Assembly: GCA_041649495.1 (NCBI GenBank)
Contig: JBAZMZ010000004.1
Location: forward strand, 1-60,758
Source: Minisyncoccota bacterium
GTDB taxonomy: Bacteria > Patescibacteriota > Minisyncoccia > Phycocordibacterales > XYD1-FULL-46-19
DNA: 60,758 bases
Direction: 5' to 3'
This document shows positions 17,037 to 25,929 of this stretch, piece by piece. How positions within the stretch are numbered: the first letter of the stretch is position 1; each line of letters begins with the position of its first letter. A model generated the notes under the pieces. It made no database searches and had not been told where the DNA came from. It saw only the letters and a list, made by a program, of their open reading frames with translations. The translations under genes were made by a program, and so were the position numbers.

Positions 17037-17471
17037 TTAATTTTTTATCATCCCACCGGCTTTTTCGATTTTTACCTTAGCCGAATCAGACACCAAACAA
17101 TTCTCAAACTTTAATTTCTTAGTAAAATCGCCCGTGGCCAAAATCTTTACCGCCGGGATTTGACCTCGTTCGCGCTTAACCAATTTCTTGGCCAATAAAA
17201 CAGTTGGCGTAATAAGCTCACCATCTTTAAAGATTTTCTCTAAAGTCGCCAGATTAACGACGGCTGGCTTAACGCTGACCGTACTAAAACGATAACCGCG
17301 CAATTTAGGCAATTTCTTAATGATATCCCGCATTTCGGGACGACGTTTATTGCCAGCGCGAGCCTTCTGACCCTTAGTGCCCCGACCAGAAGTGGTTCCG
17401 CGTTTACCGCCACGACCAACAATTTTTTTGGCGTGATGGCTAGAATGTTTTTTTAAATTATGTAATTGCAT
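17037..17471 (-). CDS. rplO: Ribosomal protein uL15
   Basis: MQLHNLKK...GRGGKRGTTSGRGTKGQKARAG. Confidence 0.95.
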   Translation of the reverse strand: MQLHNLKKHSSHHAKKIVGRGGKRGTTSGRGTKGQKARAGNKRRPEMRDIIKKLPKLRGYRFSTVSVKPAVVNLATLEKIFKDGELITPTVLLAKKLVKRERGQIPAVKILATGDFTKKLKFENCLVSDSAKVKIEKAGGMIKN

Positions 17472-17509
17472 AAATTTAGTAGGTAGGAATTAGTATATAG
17501 TATATCGGG

Positions 17510-18088
17510 TTAGAATTTAATCTTTGATTTCGACTTTAAACTCTTCAAAGCCAAAACCGTGGCGCGAGCAATATTTAATTTATCTTTACTGCGTGACAAA
17601 ACCTTAGCGTTAACATCATGGGCTCCAACCAAGGTCAAGACGACCCGCAAAGCACTCCCCGCCACTAAGCCGCGTCCTTTGGCGGGACGAAGAGCCACTT
17701 GAGCGGCCTTAAATTTGCCGGTGACTTCGTGAGGAATAGATTTCATCTTCGTTAGAGAAATTTTAACCATTGACTGCTTAGCTTTACTGAAGGCCTTGGC
17801 AATCGCGAGAGAGGTATCACCCGCTTTACCAATCCCTACTCCAACGCGACCATTCTTATCGCCAGCCACCAAAGCCACCGAAAAACTAAAACGACGACCA
17901 CCGGCGACCACGCGCGCCACCCGACGGATATTGATGATTTTTTGATCAAACTCTGGCTTTTCCTTTACAGGACGACGGCCAAACGGTCGACGAGGACGAT
18001 TACCGAAACCACCAGCGGAACGATTACCCCCGGGTCGGACGGGCAGGTTACCGGCTGATTGATTTTTGTTGTTTGTTTTTGTTTCCAT
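17510..18088 (-). CDS. rpsE: Ribosomal protein uS5 (Arg/Gly-rich N-terminal extension)
   Basis: IINIRRVARVVAGGRRFSFSVALVAGDKNGRVGVGIGKA. Confidence 0.95.
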   Translation of the reverse strand: METKTNNKNQSAGNLPVRPGGNRSAGGFGNRPRRPFGRRPVKEKPEFDQKIINIRRVARVVAGGRRFSFSVALVAGDKNGRVGVGIGKAGDTSLAIAKAFSKAKQSMVKISLTKMKSIPHEVTGKFKAAQVALRPAKGRGLVAGSALRVVLTLVGAHDVNAKVLSRSKDKLNIARATVLALKSLKSKSKIKF

Positions 18089-18147
18089 CTTATTTATTTT
18101 TATTTCTTTATTCGTAGCATTCGTATTATTCGTAGATTCGCATCGAT

Positions 18148-18525
18148 TTAAAATTCTAATCCGCCGGCACGCGCGCCATCAGCCACGGCCTTAACCCGAC
18201 CGGTGTAACGATAGCCCCCGCGATCAAAAATGACTTTAACAATTTTCTTGGCCTTAGCCTTCTCGGCCAATAATTGACCAACACCTTCGCTTTGTTTAAT
18301 TTTCACAAAATCGCCCTTCTTGATTTTGACATCCTTCACCTCTTGATCCGCCGCCGCCGCAAGCGTTTGGCCCGCCACATCATCAATCAATTGAGCCACT
18401 AAATGCTTATTAGAACGAAAAACTGACAAGCGCGGGCGAAGAGCGGTCCCCGCTAAACTCGCACGAACTCGAGCATGACGTCGTTCTCGTTTTTCTTTTT
18501 TGGTTTTAAATCGGATAATTCTCAT
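18148..18525 (-). CDS. rplR: Ribosomal protein uL18
   Basis: [35 protein letters not shown]. Confidence 0.95.
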   Translation of the reverse strand: MRIIRFKTKKEKRERRHARVRASLAGTALRPRLSVFRSNKHLVAQLIDDVAGQTLAAAADQEVKDVKIKKGDFVKIKQSEGVGQLLAEKAKAKKIVKVIFDRGGYRYTGRVKAVADGARAGGLEF

Positions 18526-18557
18526 ATTTTTATATTACTGATAGTGAACTTGTTGAA

Positions 18558-19100
18558 TTAAGCGGTCGCGCCAGCCTTCTTACCTTGTTTACGACGAACG
18601 ACCTCGTCATGATAACGAATCCCTTTACCCTTATAAGGTTCGGCCTTTTTAAGGGCGCGAATTTGGGCGGAGAATCCACCAACCAATTCTTTATCAATAC
18701 CAGTGATAGTCATTTGGCTTTTTTCCGTCACCACTTTGAGGCCTGTCGGAATCGAAACTTCAACCGGATGAGAAAAGCCAAGATCCAACTTAACTTTATC
18801 GCCATTAATCACGTAGCGATAGCCAACTCCTTCGATCAACAATTTCTTTTCATAACCCTTGGTTACTCCAAGAACCATATTGCGAATATGTGAGGCATAA
18901 GTGCCAGACAAAGCGTTAGCCAAAATCGAACCATGAGCTGGCGCCACGACCACCCCCTCGGGCGTAATCTCAATCTTAACATCAGACCGAAAATCACGAT
19001 CAAGTGAACCCAACGGACCAGTCACCGAAAAATTGCCCGCGGTAAAAGTGGCCGTGACCCCGGCCGGTAAAATAATTGGTTGTTTAGCGATTCGTGACAT
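18558..19100 (-). CDS. rplF: Ribosomal protein uL6
   Basis: MSRIAKQPIILPAGVTATF...GYRY... Confidence 0.95.
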   Translation of the reverse strand: MSRIAKQPIILPAGVTATFTAGNFSVTGPLGSLDRDFRSDVKIEITPEGVVVAPAHGSILANALSGTYASHIRNMVLGVTKGYEKKLLIEGVGYRYVINGDKVKLDLGFSHPVEVSIPTGLKVVTEKSQMTITGIDKELVGGFSAQIRALKKAEPYKGKGIRYHDEVVRRKQGKKAGATA

Positions 19101-19138
19101 GATAATTTAGTATATAGGGATTAGTATGGAGTATATAG

Positions 19139-19531
19139 TTAAAAGATCTCAAATAGTGCTTCGCCCCCCAGCTTAGCCTGACGCGCCTCTTCGCCCGTCA
19201 TAATACCCTTAGAGGTTGAGAGAAAAAGATGGCCGAAACCTTGACGGACAGATTTGACATCACTCGCTTTGAAATAAACTCGGCGGGAGGGATGAGACAA
19301 GCGTTTAACCTGACCAATTTTAGGCTGACCATCAACTGAGATTAATTCACAAGTTAAAAATTTCTTAACTTTTTTCCCTTTGCGCACCACCGACTTAAGA
19401 TAGCCAGCCTTGACCAGGGCCTCGGCGGTCGCCAATTTTAAATTAGAGGCCGGTAAAGTTACGCTCTCGTGCCCGACACGATTACCATTTTTGAGCTGTA
19501 TTAAAAAATCTGAGATTGAGTCGTTTATCAT
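19139..19531 (-). CDS. rpsH: Ribosomal protein uS8
   Basis: MINDSISDFLIQLKNGNRVGH... The track ORF start at 19591 would overlap rpsN, so the ATG at 19531 is preferred. Confidence 0.9.
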   Translation of the reverse strand: MINDSISDFLIQLKNGNRVGHESVTLPASNLKLATAEALVKAGYLKSVVRKGKKVKKFLTCELISVDGQPKIGQVKRLSHPSRRVYFKASDVKSVRQGFGHLFLSTSKGIMTGEEARQAKLGGEALFEIF

Positions 19532-19550
19532 AGATGGTGAGGTAGTCGAA

Positions 19551-19736
19551 CTACCATGATGATTTACGGATGCCAGGGATTTTGCCCTCATTAGCTAATT
19601 CGCGAAAACAAATCCGGCAAAGACCAAAATCACGCATATAGGCTCGTTTGCGACCACAACGGAAGCAACGTCGAACCACCCGAGAGGCAAATTTCGGGGT
19701 CTTTAACGATCGCGCGATGACTGATTTCTTGGCCAT
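19551..19736 (-). CDS. rpsN: Ribosomal protein uS14, short zinc-binding (type Z) form
   Basis: 61 aa with [10 protein letters not shown]...CRICFRE (CxxC...CxxC). Confidence 0.95.
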   Translation of the reverse strand: MAKKSVIARSLKTPKFASRVVRRCFRCGRKRAYMRDFGLCRICFRELANEGKIPGIRKSSW

Positions 19737-19770
19737 AAAATAATAACACGGCTCTTACGAGCCACCACCT

Positions 19771-19800
19771 ATCCTAACAAGAAAGGGGGACTGATGTCAA
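19771..19800 (-). promoter_or_regulatory. Putative promoter restarting transcription at rpsN
   Basis: The minus strand reads TTGACA (19800-19795), an 18-nt spacer, then TAGGAT (19776-19771). A GGCTC gtaa GAGCC hairpin follows in the leader. Confidence 0.45.
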
Positions 19801-19860
19801 ATGAAAAACGCGATGCCAATCTGCGAATACCTGCGAATCTACAAATAAGAATTAATTGAG

Positions 19861-20460
19861 CTAATACAGTTTTTTGAGCTCCAAGCGACCAGAAGCCGTG
19901 TCTAGAACAGCAAAAGTGGGAGCTGTAAAGACCCCGCCCAAAGTCCCCGGATTGGCTATAACAGTGACTCCCAAGGACTCCCCTTGAGGAGTTCCCAAAG
20001 GGGGGTCCTTGGGAGCCGTCTTCACCCATGGCTGATGGGTGTGCCCATAAAAGACAAAAGAGAACTTCTTGTGGTGAGCTTGTCGAACCAGTCCGTGAGC
20101 AATTTCCTCCACCCGATCCGGTTTATGAACAAAAGCCAAATCAAGGGCGTGCCTTGATTTTTTAGACTCTCTTATTTTCCACTCTCCCCACTTAGCAAAA
20201 ACTTCAAGTTGTGGAAATCTTTTGGTTAAAGAGAAAAATTCTTCTGACCGAATCTCGGCATTCCCGCAAACCAACTTAATTGGTCCAGAAAAATTTTGAG
20301 TGAGATATTCTAAGGTTTCGGGGGTAGTCACGTCCCCACAACAAATAATCCCCTTTGCCTCGCCATAGCCTTCGGCGAAGGCAGGGCCATCAAACACGGC
20401 CAAAAACCTCTCCAAATTAGCGAGATTGTCGTGAATATCCGAAATAATCGCGATTTTCAT
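19861..20460 (-). CDS. Metallophosphoesterase (YfcE/MJ0936-like)
   Basis: MKIAIISDIHDN...GDV...GHTHQPW. The start at 20460 is preferred because the upstream part of the track ORF covers a hairpin. Confidence 0.8.
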   Translation of the reverse strand: MKIAIISDIHDNLANLERFLAVFDGPAFAEGYGEAKGIICCGDVTTPETLEYLTQNFSGPIKLVCGNAEIRSEEFFSLTKRFPQLEVFAKWGEWKIRESKKSRHALDLAFVHKPDRVEEIAHGLVRQAHHKKFSFVFYGHTHQPWVKTAPKDPPLGTPQGESLGVTVIANPGTLGGVFTAPTFAVLDTASGRLELKKLY

Positions 20461-20484
20461 CTGGTTAATCTTACCACACCCGAC

Positions 20485-20519
20485 ACCTAAAAAGGAGGCT
20501 TGAAGCCTCCTTTTTAGGT
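20485..20519 (-). terminator. Hairpin terminator after the PKD-domain gene
   Basis: ACCTAAAAAGGAGGC ttgaa GCCTCCTTTTTAGGT. Confidence 0.6.
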
Positions 20520-20545
20520 TAATTTTGTTCAATTAATTTCTTATA

Positions 20546-22060
20546 TTAACCTCCTACTACCACCGTCCGAGTAGCTTCAACATAACGATTAAAATTATCC
20601 GAGACCGTAAATTTAACCGTATAGGTACCAGCTTGAGAATAAGAATGTCGAAAAGTTTGCGACTGGCCAGTCGAACCTTGGGCACCAATTATCGCTGTTT
20701 CGCTAGCTTGCGTAGGAGACTCCCCCCAATTGATAGAGTAAGTTAAATAAGTTAAGTTAACTCCGGGCGAGGCTGTCGTGTTTATACCCCAAGAACCCCT
20801 TTCGCCCACCTTGAGAGAACCCGGGGCAAAGATGCGCTCAATTATAATACCGGGGGAAGCAACAATATTTATCGTCTTAATACAAATTCCACTTCCCCCC
20901 TCACCGCCAACCAAAAGGGTTACTGACGGGTTTCCAACAACATTCGCCGTGACCCGCTGTAATCCATCCGCGCTAAGTTTGTCCCCAGGCAACAACAAAG
21001 AATCTCTACCAGATGTATCCTGTTGCCAATATGCGTATGTAGCATTTTTGCTTGACCAGAAAAAATTAATGGGATCGCCTAAAGTGTATGATTCTTTATC
21101 AGAAGTAAGAACACAGGATGGTTGACCTAGATTATTTCCAATCGTCATATTAACCACATTGCTTTGCCCAATGGCACTGCTAACAAAAACCGAAAACGAG
21201 CCGGTGGGCCAATCTTTAGACTCTTGAATCACAATTTTAGTATTGGTTTTGGTAACCCAAGGCGACATTTGGGGGAGAACGAATTGTAATGGGCCAATTG
21301 TCCCAGAATTCACCTGACTTAACCTCTCCCCAGTAATAACAACTGTCCGATTACTGCTGTCAAAGGTGGCACCACTAATCCACGGGCCTTTCTCGAAACC
21401 ATTATCCACCACGACAGTCAGAGTAGCTTGAGCGGGAGCATAAGCACCAACACATTTATCAATTTCACCACTACATTTTGATCTATCATAGACAGTGAAT
21501 CTAATTGTATAAGTCCCCGGACGAGAATAAGTATGGGTGAAAGTACTAGTCTGGCTCACTTCGGTTTTTAGTCCGGCCACCACCGGAGTGGCAATGATAT
21601 CACCCCAATCAACTGAATATGTTAAATCGATACCGCTTGGCGCCGTGGCACTAATACTCCAAGTCCCAGTCTGATTAACAGCAAGCAAAGTCGGACCAGA
21701 AACAGAGTTGATGGAAATATTGTTGGTTGACCCACCACAAGGCAGACCTGTCGTTGAACTATAACCAGAAGTTGAAGTGCAACCGGCTGGTAGGATAATT
21801 TCTACTGGGGTTATGGCCGGACCCTGTAAAGCCACAATTTGCGCTTGCAAAGCTGCAATTTGGGCCAACAATTGTTGCATTAAACCCGACTGACAAAACG
21901 CCGGCTGGATAGGTTCTGAACCAACATTACCGTTCAGTTGCCAAACATGGTGCGACAAATCATAAATCTGACATTGTAATTCTTGAACTGTAGCTCCTTG
22001 CCCCACAAACGGCACAACCATTAAAGCGACGAGAAGAAACGAAACAATATATTTTTTCAT
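20546..22060 (-). CDS. Secreted protein with two PKD-like domains
   Basis: Has a signal peptide. It contains TFTHTYSRPGTYTIRFTVYD and QTFRHSYSQAGTYTVKFTVSD. Confidence 0.7.
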   Translation of the reverse strand: MKKYIVSFLLVALMVVPFVGQGATVQELQCQIYDLSHHVWQLNGNVGSEPIQPAFCQSGLMQQLLAQIAALQAQIVALQGPAITPVEIILPAGCTSTSGYSSTTGLPCGGSTNNISINSVSGPTLLAVNQTGTWSISATAPSGIDLTYSVDWGDIIATPVVAGLKTEVSQTSTFTHTYSRPGTYTIRFTVYDRSKCSGEIDKCVGAYAPAQATLTVVVDNGFEKGPWISGATFDSSNRTVVITGERLSQVNSGTIGPLQFVLPQMSPWVTKTNTKIVIQESKDWPTGSFSVFVSSAIGQSNVVNMTIGNNLGQPSCVLTSDKESYTLGDPINFFWSSKNATYAYWQQDTSGRDSLLLPGDKLSADGLQRVTANVVGNPSVTLLVGGEGGSGICIKTINIVASPGIIIERIFAPGSLKVGERGSWGINTTASPGVNLTYLTYSINWGESPTQASETAIIGAQGSTGQSQTFRHSYSQAGTYTVKFTVSDNFNRYVEATRTVVVGG

Positions 22061-22088
22061 TAAATTAAATAATTATTAATAAAACTAA

Positions 22089-22124
22089 GAGGTTAAACCT
22101 CGGGCTCACTAGAGGTTTAACCTC
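22089..22124. repeat. Conserved-loop hairpin family member
   Basis: GAGGTTAAACCTC gggctcacta GAGGTTTAACCTC. The 13-bp stem is perfect. Confidence 0.8.
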
Positions 22125-22213
22125 CAGAAAAGCTCACAATAAGAATACCACTTAAAGCCCCCCGCAAACAGGTTGAGGGGGATAAATAAAAAGGCCCTAA
22201 TCCTAATTCACAG

Positions 22214-22450
22214 CTAATTTATGTGCCAAAGAGATTTGGGTAAACCAGATTGAGCAATAATACTTTTTAGTGTTTTGGGAGCAAAAGATAATTGATTACC
22301 GTGACGAGGAACACAAACTTGCCTTAGTTTGCCGGCAATTCGGCCACAATAGTAGTAATGGCTTCCTCGGATATGATTTACTTGAAAATTATGCTCTTTA
22401 AGCACCGCTTCGACGTCTCGAAATGTCCAATTGTTCAAACCCTTCGGCAT
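22214..22450 (-). CDS. hicA: HicA-family toxin (copy 1)
   Basis: 78 aa with ...HIRGSHYYY...VPRHGNQ...TLKSIIAQSGL. Confidence 0.8.
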   Translation of the reverse strand: MPKGLNNWTFRDVEAVLKEHNFQVNHIRGSHYYYCGRIAGKLRQVCVPRHGNQLSFAPKTLKSIIAQSGLPKSLWHIN

Positions 22451-22452
22451 TT

Positions 22453-22764
22453 TTAAACGGCTATTTTGGTAACGCCGTAATGATAAACCTCATAGGGTGA
22501 GCGTACGGGTCTGGCCGAGTGAAGATTTTGCCACATTTTCTCATATTCAGCTTCGGTTTTTTGATTTAATGAAGAAAAGTCATGAAGCCCCTTTATTTTT
22601 TTAGCAGATTCAACATAACCCTGGATCGCTTCCTGTAAATTTAACATGGCGATAACTGGGTTATCGGCCGATTCGGTGATATTAAACTCTAGGGCCGTCC
22701 CGTACCAAGTTTTACCGTCCCGAAAGACAATACACCGAACTGCACCTTTTTGAGGAGTATTCAT
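22453..22764 (-). CDS. hicB: HicB-like antitoxin (copy 1)
   Basis: 103 aa, lying 2 nt upstream of hicA. CIVFRDGKTWYGTALEFNITESADNPVIAMLNLQEAIQGYVE is a UPF0150-like pattern. Confidence 0.6.
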   Translation of the reverse strand: MNTPQKGAVRCIVFRDGKTWYGTALEFNITESADNPVIAMLNLQEAIQGYVESAKKIKGLHDFSSLNQKTEAEYEKMWQNLHSARPVRSPYEVYHYGVTKIAV

Positions 22765-22809
22765 AGGTTAATTATTACCTAGATGAGAGAAATTTGCAAA
22801 CGAGAGAAC

Positions 22810-23346
22810 TTAACGTTTTTTAAACGGAAAACCAATCGCTTTGAAGAAGGCGAGGGCAGATTTTTTGTCTTTGGCAGTGGTAACAATCGTGATCGCTAGA
22901 CCGAACACATCCCTCAATTCTTCGTCCGCGGTTTGGGGGAAGACAGTGTGCTCTTTAATCGGTAAAGTCAGATTACCCACCTGATCCACAATTTTAGGGT
23001 CATAACCCTTGAAGTCGCGAATACGCGGAATCGCCACGTTGAGCAAGAGATCTAAGAAGCTATACATTCGCGGACCGCGTAAAGTAACGGCATAACCCAC
23101 GACATCCCCCTCACGGACCTTGAAGCTGGCAATCGATTTCTTCGCTCCGCGCGGAGCTGGCTTTTGACCGGTAATTTTGGCTAAACGGCTTTCTACCACC
23201 TCATTACGCTTCTTATCTTTGGCCTTACCGGTACCCGAATTAACCACCACCTTAACCAAACGAGGCAAGGCAATCGCATTCTTCACCCCCAGCTCTTTTT
23301 TAAGCTCGGGCGCAACTTTTTCAATTTTTTCTTTTAGTTTAATCAT
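22810..23346 (-). CDS. rplE: Ribosomal protein uL5
   Basis: 178 aa with uL5-type N- and C-terminal motifs (LPRLVKVVVNSGTGKA..., GLAITIVTTA). Confidence 0.95.
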   Translation of the reverse strand: MIKLKEKIEKVAPELKKELGVKNAIALPRLVKVVVNSGTGKAKDKKRNEVVESRLAKITGQKPAPRGAKKSIASFKVREGDVVGYAVTLRGPRMYSFLDLLLNVAIPRIRDFKGYDPKIVDQVGNLTLPIKEHTVFPQTADEELRDVFGLAITIVTTAKDKKSALAFFKAIGFPFKKR

Positions 23347-23448
23347 GGCGTTAAAAATTATTCTAATTATTTTAATTATTCTAATTTCTAATTGGGAATT
23401 TCGAATTTATTTAGGTTAATTAAGTTAATTAGAAATTAGGTTAATTTT
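23347..23448. repeat. AT-rich spacer element, family 3 (copy 2)
   Basis: Fills the rplX-rplE spacer. It shares the CTAATTTCTAATT ... AATTAGAAATTAG arms. Confidence 0.8.
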
Positions 23449-23754
23449 CTAGATCTCCTTCCCACATTTTTTACAAACTCGCACTTTCTTTTTCGCCGTA
23501 ATTTTCGCGCCAATTCTCACCCCCTGTTTACAACTCGGGCAATAAAGCAAAACATTAGAAAGATGAATTGGATGGGGAACTTCAACCATTTGACCCTTCT
23601 CACCCTGTTTGCGTGGTCGTTGATGTTTCTTTTTGACATTCACCCCCTCCACCAAGACTTTGTCAGATTCACGATAAAGACGCAAAACTTTGCTTTGTTT
23701 CCCTCGGTCCTTCCCGGCAATCACTATTACATTGTCATTCTTTTTGATATTCAT
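23449..23754 (-). CDS. rplX: Ribosomal protein uL24 with C-terminal CxxC...CxxC
   Basis: MNIKKNDNVIVIAGKDRGKQSKV is the KOW motif. The C-terminus reads CPSCKQG...CKKCG. Confidence 0.95.
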   Translation of the reverse strand: MNIKKNDNVIVIAGKDRGKQSKVLRLYRESDKVLVEGVNVKKKHQRPRKQGEKGQMVEVPHPIHLSNVLLYCPSCKQGVRIGAKITAKKKVRVCKKCGKEI

Positions 23755-23857
23755 ATTTCTTAAATTATTCTAATTGCTCTAATTATTCTAATTTCTAACA
23801 TTGGAAATTTGGGGTTTGTTTAGGTTAATTAAGTTAATTAGAAATTAGGTTAATTTT
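23755..23857. repeat. AT-rich spacer element, family 3 (copy 3)
   Basis: Fills the rplN-rplX spacer. Confidence 0.8.
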
Positions 23858-24229
23858 CTATACTATCTCTGGCGCCAACGACGCAATTTTCTGATAACCC
23901 CGCTCGGCAATTTCGCGCGGGATGGGCCCAAAGATCCGACCGCCCCGTGGTTCCAATTTGCCCTTTTCTAAAATCACCACGGCATTCTCGTCAAAACAAA
24001 GATACGAGCCGTCAGCCCGACGAAACGGACTTCGTTGACGAACGACAATCGCCCGCAAAACCTCCTTTTTCTTCGTTGCCTTGCGTGGTTCAGCCACCTG
24101 AACCGACAAAACCACCAAATCACCGATCCGCGCATAACGCTTCTTCGAACCGCCCAACACCTTAAAGACCCGCCCGATCTTGGCCCCGGTGTTATCTGCG
24201 ATTTTTACAATGGTTTGTGGTTGAATCAT
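23858..24229 (-). CDS. rplN: Ribosomal protein uL14
   Basis: MIQPQTIVKIADNTGAK... Confidence 0.95.
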   Translation of the reverse strand: MIQPQTIVKIADNTGAKIGRVFKVLGGSKKRYARIGDLVVLSVQVAEPRKATKKKEVLRAIVVRQRSPFRRADGSYLCFDENAVVILEKGKLEPRGGRIFGPIPREIAERGYQKIASLAPEIV

Positions 24230-24283
24230 ATTTTTAGTATTTAGTATATAGGGATTAGTATCTAGTATTTAGGGTAAATGATA

Positions 24284-24535
24284 TTAAACAACTTCGAAAT
24301 GCTTATCCTTAGATAATGGTCGACACTCGCGGATCGTCACTTCGTCCCCCAATTTAGCCTTACCCATTTCATCATGAGCCTTATACTTTTTCGACAAATT
24401 AAAGTATTTGCCATATTTGGGATGTTTGACAAAACGCTTAACCTCCACCACCACGGTCTTGGCCATTTTGTCGGACACGACCGTCCCCTTCAAAATCTTT
24501 CGACTATTATCTTGTTTGTTATTTTCGTTTTTCAT
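24284..24535 (-). CDS. rpsQ: Ribosomal protein uS17
   Basis: [27 protein letters not shown]. Confidence 0.95.
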   Translation of the reverse strand: MKNENNKQDNSRKILKGTVVSDKMAKTVVVEVKRFVKHPKYGKYFNLSKKYKAHDEMGKAKLGDEVTIRECRPLSKDKHFEVV

Positions 24536-24550
24536 ATTTTTTTGCCTATT

Positions 24551-24581
24551 GCTTACTTGCTTACTTGCTTACTTGCTTACC
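24551..24581. repeat. Tandem octamer GCTTACTT, about 4 units (family 4)
   Basis: gcttactt gcttactt gcttactt gcttacc. It spans the rpmC stop codon and the spacer. Confidence 0.85.
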
Positions 24582-24758
24582 ATTATTCAAATTTGTCAAA
24601 ATCCGAGCAATGTCTCGACGGGTATTCTTACCCTCTTTCACATTCTTGGTTCGACTGCCCGAAATACCGAACTTGAATTTCGACAAAACCTCCCGCTTTT
24701 CAATTAGCAATTTCTTCAATTCGGCTTCTGATTTAGTTTTTAAATCTAATTTTTTCAT
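24561..24758 (-). CDS. rpmC: Ribosomal protein uL29
   Basis: 65 aa ([22 protein letters not shown]). It sits in the rplP-rpmC-rpsQ order. Confidence 0.9.
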   Translation of the reverse strand: MKKLDLKTKSEAELKKLLIEKREVLSKFKFGISGSRTKNVKEGKNTRRDIARILTNLNNGKQVSK

Positions 24759-24807
24759 ATTGTTGTTTTATTCGTAGATTCGCAGGTATTCGTAGATTAG
24801 TATCGCA

Positions 24808-25224
24808 CTACCGACTAACGATCTTCGTCTTAATGGGCAATTTGGCGCCAGCCTTACGCAAGGCCTCGCGCGCAATCTCATTAGTCAAACCGTCAACCTC
24901 AAAAATCAATCGGCCGGGCCAAACCTGAACCTGATAACCCTGCGGGTCACCCTTACCTTTACCCATGCCCACTTCAGCCGCTTTGGCCGTATAAGGCATA
25001 TCAGGAAAAACGCGAATCCACAACTTACCAGTCTTATGCATTTGGCGAGCAATCGTTTTGCGACCAGCTTCTAATTGATTAGAGCGAATCCGGCCAGCCG
25101 TCTCCGCCTTCAACCCAAAATTACCAAAAGACAAGGTTGTCCCCCGAGTCGCTAATTTGGCCTTTTTCGGATTACTCCGCAAGGTTTGCCATTTTCTGAA
25201 TTTTACTTTTTTCGGGATTAACAT
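24808..25224 (-). CDS. rplP: Ribosomal protein uL16
   Basis: MLIPKKVKFRKWQ... The ATG at 25224 is preferred over the track start at 25308, which overlaps rpsC. Confidence 0.95.
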   Translation of the reverse strand: MLIPKKVKFRKWQTLRSNPKKAKLATRGTTLSFGNFGLKAETAGRIRSNQLEAGRKTIARQMHKTGKLWIRVFPDMPYTAKAAEVGMGKGKGDPQGYQVQVWPGRLIFEVDGLTNEIAREALRKAGAKLPIKTKIVSR

Positions 25225-25234
25225 GGTATTTATT

Positions 25235-25918
25235 TTATAGTGAGCTGGTTGAATTATTCTTATCAGCCTCGAAAATCTCGCCTCGATAAATCCAGACCTT
25301 GATCCCAATCACGCCGTAATACATATAGGCCTTCTCCCGAGCGAAATCAATATCGGCGCGCAAAGTCTGAAGCGGAATTTGCCCTTTCTTGAGCGATTCG
25401 GTTCGGCTCATATCGGCGCCCCCCAAACGACCCGAGAGGGTCACCTTGATCCCCTTCACGTTGCGACTAGCCGAGACCTTCTCAATTGTCTGACGCAAAA
25501 CCCGACGAAAAGCTAAACGCTTTTCCAACCCTTCAGCGATCATGTAAGCCACAATGGCGGCGTGCGATTCGGGATCCTTAACCTCTTCAACGTCAATCGT
25601 GATATTTTTGGGCAACGGCAATTTGGTTCGGCGTAATTCGGTCAAAACCTCCGCCTTCAATTTAGTAATCCCATCTCCCCCCCGGCCAATAATCATGCCC
25701 GGTCGCGATGTTTTGATAACCAACCGATACAGAGCTGAACCACGTTCAATCTCGATACTATCAACATAATGACCGCGCAATCGTTTGGTCAAAAATTCGC
25801 GCAATAAAACATCGGTCTTCAAAAAATCGCGGTAATTTTTACCCAGCCCAAACCAGCGTGATTGCCAATCACGAATAATGGTGAGTCGATGAGCATAAGG
25901 ATGAACGCGGTGGGTCAT
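25235..25918 (-). CDS. rpsC: Ribosomal protein uS3
   Basis: MTHRVHPYAHRLTIIRDWQSRWF..., with a KH domain. Confidence 0.95.
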   Translation of the reverse strand: MTHRVHPYAHRLTIIRDWQSRWFGLGKNYRDFLKTDVLLREFLTKRLRGHYVDSIEIERGSALYRLVIKTSRPGMIIGRGGDGITKLKAEVLTELRRTKLPLPKNITIDVEEVKDPESHAAIVAYMIAEGLEKRLAFRRVLRQTIEKVSASRNVKGIKVTLSGRLGGADMSRTESLKKGQIPLQTLRADIDFAREKAYMYYGVIGIKVWIYRGEIFEADKNNSTSSL

Positions 25919-25929
25919 GATATTAGTAT

